A DNA stretch of 64,000 nucleotides from Octopus vulgaris (GCA_951406725.2 OX597817.1:49104001-49168000); one strand, 5' to 3'; shown: positions 41,305 through 55,297, numbered from the stretch's first letter. Numbers and translations are program-made. Notes: generated by a model from the letters alone, not told the origin.

Positions 41305-41872
41305 CTTTTCAACTCTAGGTACAAGGCCTGAAATCTTCGGGGAAGGGGCCAGTCGATGAAATCGACGCCAGTACGCAACTAGTACTTAATTTATCGATCC
41401 CGAAAGGATGAAAGGCAAAGTCGACCTCGGCAGGATTTGAACTCAGAACGTTTCTTATTTCTTTATTGCCCACAAGGTGCTAAACATAGTGGAAACAAAC
41501 AAGGACAAACAAAGGGATTAAGTTGATTACATCGAACTCAGTGCATAACTGGTACTAAACTTATCAACCCCCGAAAGGATGAAAGGCAAAGTCGACCTCC
41601 GCGGAATTTGAACTGAGAACGTAACGGCAGACGAAATACCTATTTCTTTACTACCCACAAGGGGCTAAATACAGAGGAGACAAACAAGGACAGACAAATA
41701 GATTAAGTCGATTACATCGACCCTAGTGCGTAACTGGTACTTAATTTATCGGCCCCGAAAGGGTGAATGGCAAAGTCGACCTCGGCGGAATTAGAACTCA
41801 GAACGTGATGCCAGACGAAATACCGCTAAGCATTTCGCCCGGCGTGCTAACGATTCTGCAAATTCGCCGCCT
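41305..41872 (-). mobile_element. SINE family C with three tandem body modules
   Basis: GGCAAAGTCGACCTC module at ~41415, 41585 and 41770. Confidence 0.85.
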
Positions 41873-42390
41873 TATGAGGTGTGAATATTAGATTGAAACT
41901 TCACTGAAATGAAAACTCTTCTAGTTATGTGTAGAATAACAATGGCAAATTGTATCAACCGAGCAACATCTTAAAACGTATGCCTCCAGTAGGAAGGATT
42001 ATTATAATGAGTGGCAGCGGCTTGGTACAATACTTAGAACGGTGGGCAAGTAACTAATGGTATTTATTTCTGATCGTGTCGTTATAAGTTCAAATTACGC
42101 GGAGCTCAACATTATTTTTCATACTTCTGGAGTCGATAAAATAAAATGCTAACAAAGTACTGGGGTCGATTTTATCACTCATTCTCTCCCCACGAAACAA
42201 ATGATCATTATTTCTTATAGAATTGTATGATATTGGTACCGTAAATAGATTCACTTAGAAATACTCACACATATGTATGGACGTGTTTGTCTGTATTAAC
42301 ATACGTGATGTATACGATAACTGTAGTTAAGAAAGTATTTCAAATATTACACATAATTTCTGTGCACCCAGCTTTAAGAATAAAAATATA

Positions 42391-42537
42391 TAGCAGGAGT
42401 GGCTATGTGGTAAGTAGCTTGCTTACCAATCACATGGTTCCGGGTTCAGTCCCACTGCGTGGCACCACCTTGGGCCGACCAAAGCCTTATAAGTGGATTT
42501 GGTAGACGGAAACTGAAGGAAGCCCGTCGTATATATG

Positions 42538-42581
<44 letters not shown>

Positions 42582-42800
42582 TGTGTCTGTGTTTGTGCCC
42601 ACAACATAGCCTGACAACCGATGCTGGTGTGTTTATGTCTCCGTAACTTAGCGGTCCGGCAAAATATACCGATAAAATAAGTACTAGGCTTACAAAGAAT
42701 AAGTCCTGGGGTCGATTTGCCCGACTAAAGGCGGTATCCAGCATGGCCGCAGTTAAATGACTGAATCAAGTATAAGAGTAAAAGAGTAAAGAGTAAAGAG
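42391..42800 (+). mobile_element. SINE family A
   Basis: Matches family consensus. Confidence 0.85.
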
Positions 42801-43429
42801 TATAAAGACAATTATATGGAGAAGAGAATGAAATAACGAACCAGTGTAAAATAACTGAGGGTGTTTGCAAGGGAGGGCATTCGGTGGGGAAATGGTGTAA
42901 TCATTACTTATTAAAGATTTTTAAGCTGCTGTTTTGTCAAAAGCTTTTGAGTAGATGATAACAAATGATAACGAATATATTGCAGGGCTCTCTTTGTTAA
43001 ACGCCCAGCAAAAACATGTCATTCAAAACTTGTAATTCCTAGACGAACGATTTGCTATCCAGGACAATGACTAAATACAAACAGTTATAAGTAACAGTGA
43101 TGGACTGATCTTATTGCAAACACGCTCTACTTAATAAGTTTTGTTTACACAAGATTTTACGCGAGCACGCGAAGTCTCACAAACTTGTGCGAGTGCACGA
43201 GGCGACACATACACAACACACAGGCAGAACGCACACCACACACACACACACGCACACGCACATGCACACACACAAAGTCATACCCTATGGACACGTGTAT
43301 ACATTTAAGATATTTCATTTGTATATTTTATTTAAAAAATGCTTCTTGACCCCTAATACTCCTAAAGACTGTTACCCGATTTCTATGGTTACAAAAATCT
43401 CTCTGAACGGGTCACCCCTCCGTTGCAGG

Positions 43430-44130
43430 ATTGAAGGCTAGAAAATTTGAGAGGAGGGACAAGTCGATAACATCGACTCTAGAACTTGACTGGTACTTTG
43501 TTATATCGACCCCGAAGGGAAGAAAGGCAAAGCTGACTTTAGCGGAATTTCAACTCAGACGTAAAGAGCTGGAAGAAATACTGATTGGCGTTTTATCCGA
43601 CGTGCTAAAGATTATTTTCTGTTCTAGGCACAAGGCCCGAAATTTTGGGGGAGGGGACCAACCAATTAGATCGACCCCAGTACGCAACTGGTACTTAATT
43701 TATCGACCTCTAAAGGATGAAACCTTTTCTACTCTAGGCACAAGGCCCGAAATTTTTGGGGAGGGGCCAGTCGATTAGATCGACCCAAGTACACAACTGG
43801 TACTTAATTTATCGACCCCGAAAGGATTAAAGGCAAAGTCGAACTCGGTGGAATTTGAACTCAGAACGTAGCGGCAGACGAAATACCTATTTCTTTACTA
43901 CCCACAAGGGGCTAAACACAGAGGGGACAAACAAGGACAAGTCGATTACATCGACTCCAGTGCGTAACTGGTACTTATTTAATCGACCCCGAAAGGATGA
44001 AAGGCAAAGTCGACCTCGGCGGAATTTGAACTCAGAACGTAGCGGTAGACGAAATATCGCAAAGCATTTCGCCCAAAGTGTTAACCATTCTGCCAGCTCG
44101 CAGCCCTCGACGTGCTAAAGATTCTGCCAA
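43430..44130 (-). mobile_element. SINE family C multimer
   Basis: Several tandem body and tail modules. Confidence 0.8.
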
Positions 44131-44149
44131 CTCACTCTTTTTCATTTCC

Positions 44150-44183
<34 letters not shown>

Positions 44184-44191
<8 letters not shown>

Positions 44192-44613
44192 GTTGTATAC
44201 TGTCAATCTAACAAGAACGTGACAGTAGGGGCTACACCACCGCTGTATAGCCCTAGGAAGCATCGAACGCCTCCTGATGGCTTTGACACATTTTTCCCTG
44301 TGTCCTTATATACATTTACGAAGGGGAGACAAACACCCCCGGCCGCCGAAGCTGCATCTAGGGACACGTGTTTCAGGATCGTTGTCTTTCATCGGCCTAG
44401 AGTAGCAGACACCGGTCAGCTGGTGATATTTGTCTCGACTTCGTAATTGTATATATCTATATTCAGTGAAGTCTATTCACTGATTAACAAAAGAAGAAAT
44501 ATTGAATTTCTAAATCTCTCGTAGAGACATGTACGGTGGTGGGACGATAGAATGGTTGTATACTGTCAATCTAACAAGAACGTGACAGTAGGGGGTACAC
44601 CACCGCTGTATAG
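44184..44613 (-). mobile_element. Retrozyme-like element 2 (363-nt unit plus 67-bp terminal direct repeat)
   Basis: 44184-44250 repeated at 44547-44613; contains an HHR; same stem architecture as element 1; abuts (TA)n. Confidence 0.8.
44357..44401 (-). ncRNA. Type I hammerhead ribozyme (CCGATGA core)
   Basis: Minus: TCTAGG-CCGATGA-aagacaacgatcct-GAAAC-acgt-GTC^CCTAGA; stem II partly mismatched; predicted cut between 44363 and 44362. Confidence 0.75.
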
Positions 44614-45649
44614 TCTATTGCGGTAAAAATACATTCTGTGTCGTATGAATATGTCCCTCGTTTAAGAAACAGATTGGGTTTATTTACATTTGTGAAGAAA
44701 AAAGATACCCTTCCCCCCACCCCTAACCCTAAAAAAATTGAAATGCAATAAATCGATACTAGGGTCATAATTATGGGTGACAATTTCATATGACACCGCT
44801 AGAAAAAACTGCCGTTCAGACCGAAAAGATCCCTTACATGTATGTATAACTGGAACATTCGTCGTTATGTGTTAGTGTTCCTATCTCACAATTCATAGAA
44901 ATTATTTGTTATCGGAACAGATAAAAGGAAACATGGATAACCCCCCTTTTTTTTCAACAAGATATTATCGAGAATCATTACGATTTCAGCACTGGAAGTG
45001 CTTAGTATAAACCTGGAGAAAAGATATGCTTAATTTCAGCTACGATCGGATGGTATTTTAAAATGAACGTGTGTATTCAACTTTCACGTTTGAATTGTTA
45101 ATAGATTCATAAAGAAATTGTTTTTCATCTTCCGTTTGTCACCACTGGTAGTCTAATAGAAGTGAAAGTAACTAATAATTTGCAACGTATGTCCCCATAG
45201 TATTTGATTAATTGAATTTCGTTCAAATATTTTAAATGCCACAGTGGTTTTTTTTTTCTTTTTGCCGAATCGCTTTGTTACGAAAATGTAAATAAACCAA
45301 GCGTTGGCAAATGTGTATGATAAACGCAGAACAAAGAAACACGTGCAGACACAAACGCACGCGCACGCACGAACTCACGCGCACACACACACACACACAT
45401 ACACACAAGGACATATATATATACATACACATACAAGAACACACACACACATAAACTCGAACACACACACCTATCCGACAGACTTTGATACAGTGTCTGT
45501 CTACCAAATTTAATCACGAGGCATTGATCGGCCTAGTACTGTAATAGAAAACAATCGTCCAAGATGCCACGTCGTGGGATCGAACTTGAAACAACGTGAT
45601 AGCGAAGCGAGCTTCTTATATAGCAGAATTAACATTTTCTTATACGTTA

Positions 45650-46049
45650 CTAGCAGTATCGCCCGGCGTTGCTCGGGTTTGTAAGGGAAATAACTATATA
45701 AGCATTTTTAGAGATGTAAATAATAATAGCCATCTCAATATGGCTAACCATAAAGGGGGTGTGTGTTACTGTAGCTTTTTACGTTCTGAGATTTAATAAT
45801 AAATTTTTAGAGAGTTACTTCCCTTATATATGCCAAAAATGCATTAAAAATGGGAAAAATTTATGGTAATTTTTTTTTTTAATCGTAGACTCATCGTAGA
45901 CGCGCGCTAATACCCAGAAGGGCTCGATATGAATCACGACAATAAGATACCCGGTTTTGGTTAAACTGCACCGCAAAATGTGGGAGTAGTTAGGAATCTA
46001 AATCGTAGGAGACAGACAGCACACAACCTCTCTTTTATATATATATAGA
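45650..46049 (-). mobile_element. Non-autonomous Helitron
   Basis: Same 3' hairpin and CTAG end as 4994-5366; 5' TC. Confidence 0.75.
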
Positions 46050-46933
46050 TATCTTATTTAGGAGAAAGAAAAATCGATAAAGTTTTTATCATCGTTCCAG
46101 CGATACTCCAATTAAATAACAGAAGCGTATTTTTCTCATCATACGTGACAATCTCGTACGGAATATATTTCGTAAAAAAAAATTCCTAAAAGATTTGTTA
46201 ATCAACTCTTGACCTACAATTTAACATTAATTTAATTTTATATTAATACATTATGGAAAAAAAAAAAATCTGCTGACTGCGAAATTCTTTAGTATAATAT
46301 AGCACTGCCGAAAATCCCATCGGGGAAAAAAAAAACATTTGGTTGAAATCTATTAATGCTAAATTATATACGATTTTGTTATTTTCATTTTATAGCTAAT
46401 AATTTTTAGAGGTTTGTTCAGCAGACTGAATGGATTAATGCTTCTTACAAATAGCAGTACTGGGGGGAAAATCTCTTGAGCTTCTTGTTTAAAGCATGAG
46501 TAGATACACTTATGATACTAAATACTTCATTTTGGTGATGCTCGTGTCTTAAACCACCAGTAAGGTTATAATGTCAGACGTTTAAGCAATAAATATATAA
46601 AGAATTAGGAGATAATTTAACATGCTACCGTGCATTTTGCCGTAATTCTTTAAACGCCTCCTGTTGTTTGCCAGCAGGCGATAGAAATAAAACTGAAATA
46701 CGGTAGCTGTGGAACAAAGGGTATTGCGTTCCTTTACATACGCATATATGCACACATACATACACCAATGCACATATACATGCGCCCCACAGATATGCAT
46801 ACACAAATGCATATATATATATATATATACATACATACTTATATATACATACATGCAAGCACACATAAATATGTATATGATTATATATATGTATATATAT
46901 ATATACATATATCTATCTATCTATATATATATA

Positions 46934-46987
<54 letters not shown>

Positions 46988-46992
<5 letters not shown>

Positions 46993-48737
46993 CCTTAAAT
47001 CCTTAAAAATGTTTTAGCCCGAAGGCCGCGGCCATGCTGGGGCACCACCGCTGAATGAGCCACACTAGTTTGTGAATCCACCTCTGATACGTGGCACTTG
47101 ATCAACAAGGGAGTTCGATGCTGCTGCCCGCATCCGTGTCTCCTGTCGTGAGGTAGGTTCATCTGGGACTCCCAACAAGAAGAGATCCAGTTTAGTTTTA
47201 AAGAAACCCACATCCACACCATGTAAGTCTCTCAGGCATTTAGGGAGGATGTTGAAAAGCTGTGGTCCTCTGAAACCCAAGCTGTTGCAGTATCTGGACC
47301 TGTATTTTGATGGTGATGTTGGAATCCTTGGCACCAGCAGCGGCGCCCCGTTCTGCGGTTGGAGTAACTTTGAATGCCAAAGTTTGGGACAAGACCCTCC
47401 AGGATTTTCCAGATGTATATTACTGCATATCTCTCCCGCCTCCGCTCCAGGGAGAAGAGGTTTAATACCTTCAGTCTTTCCCAGTAGCTGACATTTTGCA
47501 TTGAGACGATTTTCTTTGTGTAGCTTCTCTGAGTTGCTTCGAGTTCTGCTGTTTGTTTTATATTGTGTGGTGACCAAAGTTGGGAGCAGTAGTCCAAGCG
47601 GCTGAGGACAAATGTTTTCCATAGGACCATCAGTGTCTCCTTCTCTCTTGTTCTGAAAGTTCGGAGAATCCATCCAGCTAGCCGTCTGCATTTTATCACC
47701 AGATTAGCAATATGCATTTGGAAAGATGCATCATTGCTCATGTCAATGCCCAGGTCACGCACTGATTTTGACTCAGGGATTGCAATTCTTCCTGGGCCAG
47801 TGTATCCAGTCTTCACGTCATTTACCTTTGTGTGCCAGTAGCGCAGGGCCTGGAACTTACCTGCATTAAACTGCATGTTGTTGTCCTCAGCCCACCTGTA
47901 TATTGTGTCCAGCTCATGTTGCAGATGCGCAATATTTTCAGGGTTCTGTATTGCGTGGGAGACCTTTGTGTCATCTGCATAGCTAGCAAGGGTGGTCATC
48001 GTAGCAACTGAAGGCATGTCTGAAAGGGCCACTATGAACATCAGTGGCCCCAAGACAGTGCCCTGTGGGACACCGCTTGTTATTTGCGTTTCCCTGGAGG
48101 TGGCTCCATTGCTCACAACTGCCTGTTTTCTGTCTTTTAGGAAGTTGTGCAGCCACTCTCCAAGTTTCCCGCCTATGCCGAGACCACGCAGTTTGTGACA
48201 GATCATACCATGGTCGACTTTATCAAAGGCTTTTGCAAAGTCAAGATATATTACATCCACATTTGAGCCATTTAGTAGCTGTTTCAACACCCAGTCATAG
48301 TGTTGCAGGAGCTGTGTTAGGCAGCCTCTACCTGGTCGAAATCCATGCTGGGTGTCAGACAGTAAGTCATTTTCTTCAAGGAACATGATTAGTTTCTTAC
48401 GGACTATTCGTTCCATGACTTTGCTGATGTGTGAGGTCAGAGAGATAGGCCTATAATTTTTAGCATCTGCTCTGCTACCTCCCTTATGGATAGGGCATAT
48501 TACCCCCTCTTTCAGTTTGACTGGGAGCTTACCACTTGCAAGAAAGCTCTGAAAAAGAAGCTGTAGCGGTTTTGCAAGGGCTCGTTTGCACGATTTGAGA
48601 AGGATCGCTGGGAATCCATCAGGTCCAGCAGCTGAGTTTGTGTCAATCTCATCAATGGCTAGTGTGATATCATCTTCTTCGATGTTGATGTACTCAATTT
48701 TTGTCTCTTTGGCCGCTGGTAAAGTGGCAAAGAATTC
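46988..48737 (-). mobile_element. 5'-truncated CR1/L2-group LINE, RT pseudogene (relative of 20236-21292)
   Basis: QHGFR, YLDFAKAFD, GVPQGTVLGP, YADD; frameshift near 47340; (AAGGATTT)n tail; (TA)n on both sides. Confidence 0.92.
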
Positions 48738-49180
48738 TTATATATATATATATATAATGTTTCACTGTCGTTCGTATCTCAGTGCATTATAGAAATGCAG
48801 TATATATGAATAATTAATCGTTAGTGTATTTCAATCTTAATATTTAATAAGATATATATCCTCTTTCTCCAGTATGTAAATTATAGTAAAGTGTTAAAGT
48901 ATCTTATCATAGTAACTGAGAACGATGTATATCTAGGTTTTTACGATTCGTAATATTTACTAGTTCCAGTCTATCAAGATCTAATTGAGTACCACAGGGT
49001 AGGAACAAGACATCGCTGTACACAATGATAATACCATAAACTTTGATTAATGCTTTGCAAGCTTGTAAAACTAAGTTCAAACACTGCTACGTTTCATACA
49101 AGCTATATTCTGCAGAAGGGTAAGGTCCACAAAGCCGATCTGTTCTAGATACACCAATAAAAGGACTTAAGATCGAATAT

Positions 49181-49635
49181 GGAGGCGCAATGGCCCAGTG
49201 GTTAGAGCAGCGGACTCGGGGTCGTAAGATCGCGGTTTCAATTCCCAGACCGGGCATTGTGAGGCTCCGGTAGGGGGTAGTGGTAAACCCTGCTGTACTC
49301 TTTCACTCTTTCTTCCTGTTTCTGTTGTACCTGTATTTCAAAGAGCCAGCCTTGTCACACCCTGTGTCACGCTGAATCTCCCCGAGAACTACGTTAAGGG
49401 TACACGTGTCTGTGGAGTGCTTAGCTACTTGCACGTTAATAAATGAGCTGTGACGTCACTGGTGCCAAGCTGTATCGGCCTTTGCCTTTCCCTTGGACAA
49501 CATCGGTGGCCTGGAGAGGGGAGGCTGGTATGCATGGGCGACTACTGGTCTTCCATAAACAACCTTGCCCAGACTTGTGCCTTGGAGGGTAACTTTCTAG
49601 GTGCAATCCCATGGTTATTCATACCGAAGGGGTCA
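49181..49635 (+). mobile_element. SINE family B, long form
   Basis: tRNA-like head as at 23955, different 3' body. Confidence 0.8.
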
Positions 49636-50641
49636 CAGTATCGAATATAGTCAGAGAATCCTGTAAGCGGGGCCCCCACATCAATGAGAGGAAGGAGCTG
49701 TGCGCTGTAAAGCTTTCGGGAGAAAGGTTCTGAAACGGTGCACATACTCTCCTGATGATCCTTGGTGCCTAATGGTGTCTGTATACCAGGCTTTCGCTCG
49801 ACAGCGCTTGCACCAGCAAGAGGTTCGCAAGTCCCGGAGTAGTTATTTGTACTTGCGGCAGCATTCACCCGGAATGGATTCAGCCGGGTTCGACTAACAA
49901 GTTCACCATGTCCCTCACGAATGCTAACCACATTCGACGGTCGGCGAAATTTAACTAATGCCCTACTGGGAGAGCAAGGGCGTCGGATTGCGCGGACACT
50001 GTTGCCGTTGTCGTCATTCGCTGTTGAAGTGTCGAGTTCATGTTTGGGGTTTCGGTCCCTCAAACCTAGACTTATTTCTCTAAACAAAACAAATACAAAT
50101 ATATTACAGTACATATTAAGAAAAAAATCTTGTACGCTCCCTCTCTAGCATTGGACAACGAGGAAAGTTGTTCAGCTCAATATAAGTTCTAAGCCTCATC
50201 ATGTTTGTTCATATTTCATGCTGATCTTCATTTGTTATACCATCAAAAGCTGCTCATCAGACATTAGCTTGCCCATTCAGAATCTGATTTTACTCCAACT
50301 CTCATCAGCTGTGACACTCCATATAGATCAAGTGTAAGAAAACTGCTTCTACATTGGGGACATTACTATAGTCTTCTCATCTGGGACAGCACTGTCGCTG
50401 CATACACTAACATTCCAGATTGCATAAAAAAAAGAACAAGTCGTTGAACTGATTAATACAAAACCAACCAACCCACATCACTGCCATCAGCCACGTATAT
50501 GTCGTCTCCTCAACTTGCCTTTTACATCATCGCTGCAACGGCTTCTTTTCTTGCAATTCGATGCGTTTCTACTTCCATCCAAGCTTAACTAAGACTCTCT
50601 TTTCAGATCCCATTTATTATCTATTTTCTGCCCCAGTTTTC

Positions 50642-50870
50642 TTAACCCTTTTGATACCAACCCGGCTGAAACCGGCTCTGGCTCTGAGTACAAATGTCTT
50701 GTTTTCATAAGTTTTGAATTAAAATCTCCCACTAAACTTTAGTCACAATTTATGTTCCTAACACTAGCTGAATGATAACTAAGTTATTTTACTAAATTCT
50801 TTGTTATATTTAAAGTAACTGAAAGAAACACAGAGCATCTCAAAATTAATACAGTAATGAAATGGCTATG
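50642..50870. mobile_element. piggyBac-type MITE remnant
   Basis: Starts TTAA-CCCTTT; right end degenerate. Confidence 0.45.
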
Positions 50871-51226
50871 GTTTTGTACTAAATACTATTCCTAATCCTT
50901 TGAAATTTCTATCGCTACACAACGACTTTTTTCCCTTCAACTTGCAGATGTCACTTCCAGAAGTTCAAGGGATACTATTTGACTTCGGTCTTCCAGGACA
51001 TCGGAGATGCAAGTAACAAGGAAATTTCCTGTTGTGGAAAAGCTTGACAGCGAGTAATAAAACATCTTTTATGTAATATTTGTTCCAGTCATTGGAGTGT
51101 CGCTATGCTGAGGCCCTGCCAAGAAGATTTTTAATCAAACAAATCAATCACATTATATATATTTTTAAGTCTGGTACATATGCTGTCGTTCCCTTTTACC
51201 ATGCCGCTAAGTTACGGGAACGTATA

Positions 51227-51388
51227 GGCGCAGGAGTGGCTGTGTGGTAAGTAGCTTGCTTACAAACCACATGGTTCGGGGTTCATTTCCACTGCATGGC
51301 ACCTTGGGGAAGTATCTTCTACTATTGCCTCGGGCCGACCAAAGCCTTGTGAGTGGATTTGGTAGACGGAAACTGAAAGAAGTCCGTC

Positions 51389-51443
<55 letters not shown>

Positions 51444-51695
51444 TATGTATATATATATATATATATGTATGTGTATATGTTTGTGTGTCTGTGTTTGTGC
51501 CCCAACATCGCTTGACAACTGATGCTGGTATGTTTAGGTCCCCGTAACTTAGCGGTTCGGCAAAAGAGACCGATAGAATAAGTACTAGGCTTACAAAATA
51601 TAAGTCCTGGGGTCGATTTCTTCGACTAAAGAGGGTGCTCCAGCATGGCCGCAGTCAAATGACTGAAACAAGTAAAAGAGTAAAGGAGTAAGAGA
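51227..51695 (+). mobile_element. SINE family A, full length
   Basis: Complete head to GAGTAAA-repeat tail. Confidence 0.9.
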
Positions 51696-52109
51696 GCCAA
51701 ATCGCAGAAATGACAGCAAGTATATAAAAAAAACACGGAGACTATGGCTCATATATAAATCTATACACGCTGCTTAAATCAGACCAGAATCTTACTGCAG
51801 AGGAAATGAAGAGAATCATAAAGATGGTTGCCTTGAAGTAATTGTCACCTGTCCGTTATGCCTAACTGATCACAACATGAAAACAAAAAAATAAAAAATG
51901 AAATTTATAAGCCTCATTTCTTCCTGATGTGAACTGACTTCCTCGTTTTCCTCCGTTTTCTTTTCATACTTCCTTCTTTCAGTAAATTTCATGTTTGTTT
52001 CCTTTTCGTTTTAATTTCATATTTTTTCCCTTCTCCCCTCTTTCTTCCTCTTCGTTTACCCTTCCCCTCCTATCTTTTACTTTGTTGTCGTATACTTTTC
52101 TTGTTTCGC

Positions 52110-52182
<73 letters not shown>

Positions 52183-52550
52183 TTATTACTATTATTATTA
52201 TTATATTATTATTACTATTATTATTATCATCATTATTATTATTATTATTATTATTACTATTATTATTATTATTATTACTATTATTATTATTATTACTATT
52301 ATTATTATTATTATTATTATTACTATTATTATTATTATTTTTATTACTATTATTATTATCATTTCTATTATTATTATTATTATTACTATTATTATTATTA
52401 TTACTATTATTATTATTATTATTACTATTATTATTATTATTATTACTATTATTATTATTATTACTAATATTATTATTATTACTATTATTATTATTATTAT
52501 TACTATTATTAATATTATTATTATTATTATTATTACTATTATTATTATTA

Positions 52551-52602
<52 letters not shown>

Positions 52603-52603
52603 T
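52110..52603. repeat. (TTA)n/(CTA) trinucleotide array; similar tract at 63330-63670
   Basis: Direct inspection. Confidence 0.95.
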
Positions 52604-54079
52604 AGTTCCCTCTTTCGCTTTCCATATCCTCCGCTCCACATTCTCATACACATTCATCTTTCGTCTATCACAACAACAACTCAAGAAGAAACAATCCAGT
52701 ATTTAGATAGGAAATTAATGAGCAACAAGTGTTGCGAGGTAAAAAAATGCTTTTATATATACACATGTGTGTGCGTGTGTGTGAAAAGGACGGGCTATAG
52801 GAAAGATTCATGGCCAGACAGAACTGGATACAAACGTTTGAGAAATCTAAGGCGAGCATCTGGGACCTTAAGGGAGGCAAACATACAAAGATACACAAAC
52901 ACACGCATATACATGCAAACTCAAGCACACATACAGATGCGCGCACGCACAAGCAGGCAAACAGCGGGGATAACAGCGAAATATATATAGATGGGAAATA
53001 GAATGTAAAAACAAAAAGGAGGCAAGAAGCATATAAACAAATGTAATGAGCTAATTAATCAATGTAACTGGCAGAAATAGACACAGGGAGGGAAGGTGAA
53101 AGAGGGGGAGATGGAGAGGAGATGACGGGGAGTAGGATGGAAACGGTGCAAGAGACTAAGAGTCTAAGATAAAAAGAAGCTTTCAATATTTCGTTTTTGT
53201 ATTTGTCATGCAAGAGACTTGGTGTGTTGAAACAGATTTTTTTTGTAACTCGGGAGGGTCATTACACCAACAATAAACACCGGCGTTGGCTCTGTTTCAC
53301 TTCTTTTATAATTATAAGTCAATTAAAGGCGGCGAGCTGGCAGAGTTGTTAGCAACTCGGGCAAAATGCTTAGTGACATTTCATAGGTCTTCACGTTCTA
53401 GGTTCAAATTCCGTCGAGATCGACTTTACCATTCAATCTTTCGGGGGTTCGATAAATTAAGTACCAGTTGTGTACTGGGGTTGATATGATCGAATATACC
53501 CCTCCCACAAAATTGTAGATCATGTGCTTACTGTGGAAAGGCTTATTAGTCAATTAATTATTCCGTCGAAGTCAACTTTGCCTTGCATCAAATACTAAGG
53601 TTGATGAACTCGACTAACCCTTTTGCCTAAAACTGCTGGCCTAATACCAAAACTTGAAACCATTATTAACTAATTAGTGAATCAGTTAACTAATTAAGTT
53701 ATCAAATGATTTGATTAATTATTCAGTCAATCAATCACTCAACTACGTTTTCAAATTCCTGTTGTCGCCAATCTCTACTCCAGGTCTGCTAAGCGTTTCT
53801 ATACGAAATTCACTCTTTTTGCCTGTAATGGTGCGTGTCTCCCCATAGCTGTCCCACTAACAGATACATGCGGATATATAACTGTACTTACATATGTATA
53901 TGTATACATATGTCTTTACGGTGTATTGAAATACATAGGCGCAAGCATGGCTGCGTGGTTTAGAAACTCACTTTGGAAGTAACATAGTCTCTAATATAAC
54001 CCGGGCTGATGAATTCCTTTTGATTGAATTTAGCACATAAAAACTGTATCGCTGCCTCTCGTGTATACAGGTACACGCA

Positions 54080-54166
<87 letters not shown>

Positions 54167-54679
54167 GGACTCGTAAATGTATGTATGTATGTATGTATGT
54201 ATGTATGTGTGCCTGTGTACACAGACTCCCAAATGTGAATGCATGTGTTGTGGGCGTATTTGACCCCCACCGAATGTCAATTGGTGTTGGTTTTTTCACG
54301 TCTCTGTAAATCAGTGGTTCTGCAGAAAAGAATGTTACCTTAATAACAACGGTCAAAATAAAAGAGTAATGGAATCGATTTGTTTGATTAAATTCTTCAA
54401 GGCGATGCTTCAACATGGCCGCAACTCAATCACTCCAAGAAGTAAAAGAAACGTAAAAAATAAAAAGAAACCGATATATATATATATATATACAAGTGAA
54501 GATACATAGCTCAGAAGTTAGAGCGTCGGGATTACAATAATGAAGTAGTGAGTTCGATTTTCGGACCGGGCTGTGTGTAAACATAACAAGCAGGACATTG
54601 TTGTTTAGGACAGAGGGCAAAGGTACGTATTGTCACAGAGGCCAGCTGCCTGCAGATACAAATGTCTCTTTGAAAATCA

Positions 54680-54995
54680 AAGAAAAAGAGGATATCTATG
54701 GACAACTGCTTTGAAACCTCCAGTTTCTATATACAGACTATGAATTCATATTCATACCAATAATAATTGGAGTGCTAGGTTTTGTTAGTAAATGCTTAAA
54801 AGAGAATCTGGATAAACTGGGATTTTCAGAAAGAGAAATCGACCGGCTAAGTGCAATCTATGAGTGGAAAAGTGAAAATATGCAAGACTTTTCTCAAGTT
54901 CCAAATGTGAATTTGTCTGTGTTAACTACATCCCAAAGATGGAGCCTTGTATCTTTGATGGAAACCGGCTCCCTCCTCAGTGAGCAAATAGAAGA
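54680..54995 (+). mobile_element. 3' remnant of an RLE-type non-LTR retrotransposon
   Basis: IIIGVLGFVSKCLKENLDKLG resembles the PIIVGALG..L..LG C-terminal motif. Confidence 0.5.
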
Positions 54996-55195
54996 GATAT
55001 ACATACACATACATGCATACACTGGGCATTACGAAAATTTTACACTTTCCTTGTCATCTTCCTTTTATCGTAGTAAGAAGAAGAAAAATAATTGCCATTT
55101 TCTCAAGTGCAAGTAAAAGCATACACGTAGAACCATACAACCACATATATACATGTGTGAGTGTGTGAATATGTATATATACATGCGTATATATC

Positions 55196-55228
<33 letters not shown>

Positions 55229-55297
55229 TATGTGTATATATATATATGTATGTATGTATATATATACGTATGTATATATATATATATATGTATATAT

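Noticed and set aside
41305-41872. CRISPR-like periodic repeats
   Set aside because: Eukaryotic SINE modules; the spacers are not unique and there are no cas genes
44272-44352. Plus-strand CTGATGG...GAAG as a hammerhead
   Set aside because: Core incomplete and not conserved in element 1; the supported motif is on the minus strand
51995-52990. 331-aa poly-I/L/N/Y ORFs
   Set aside because: (TTA)n array artefact
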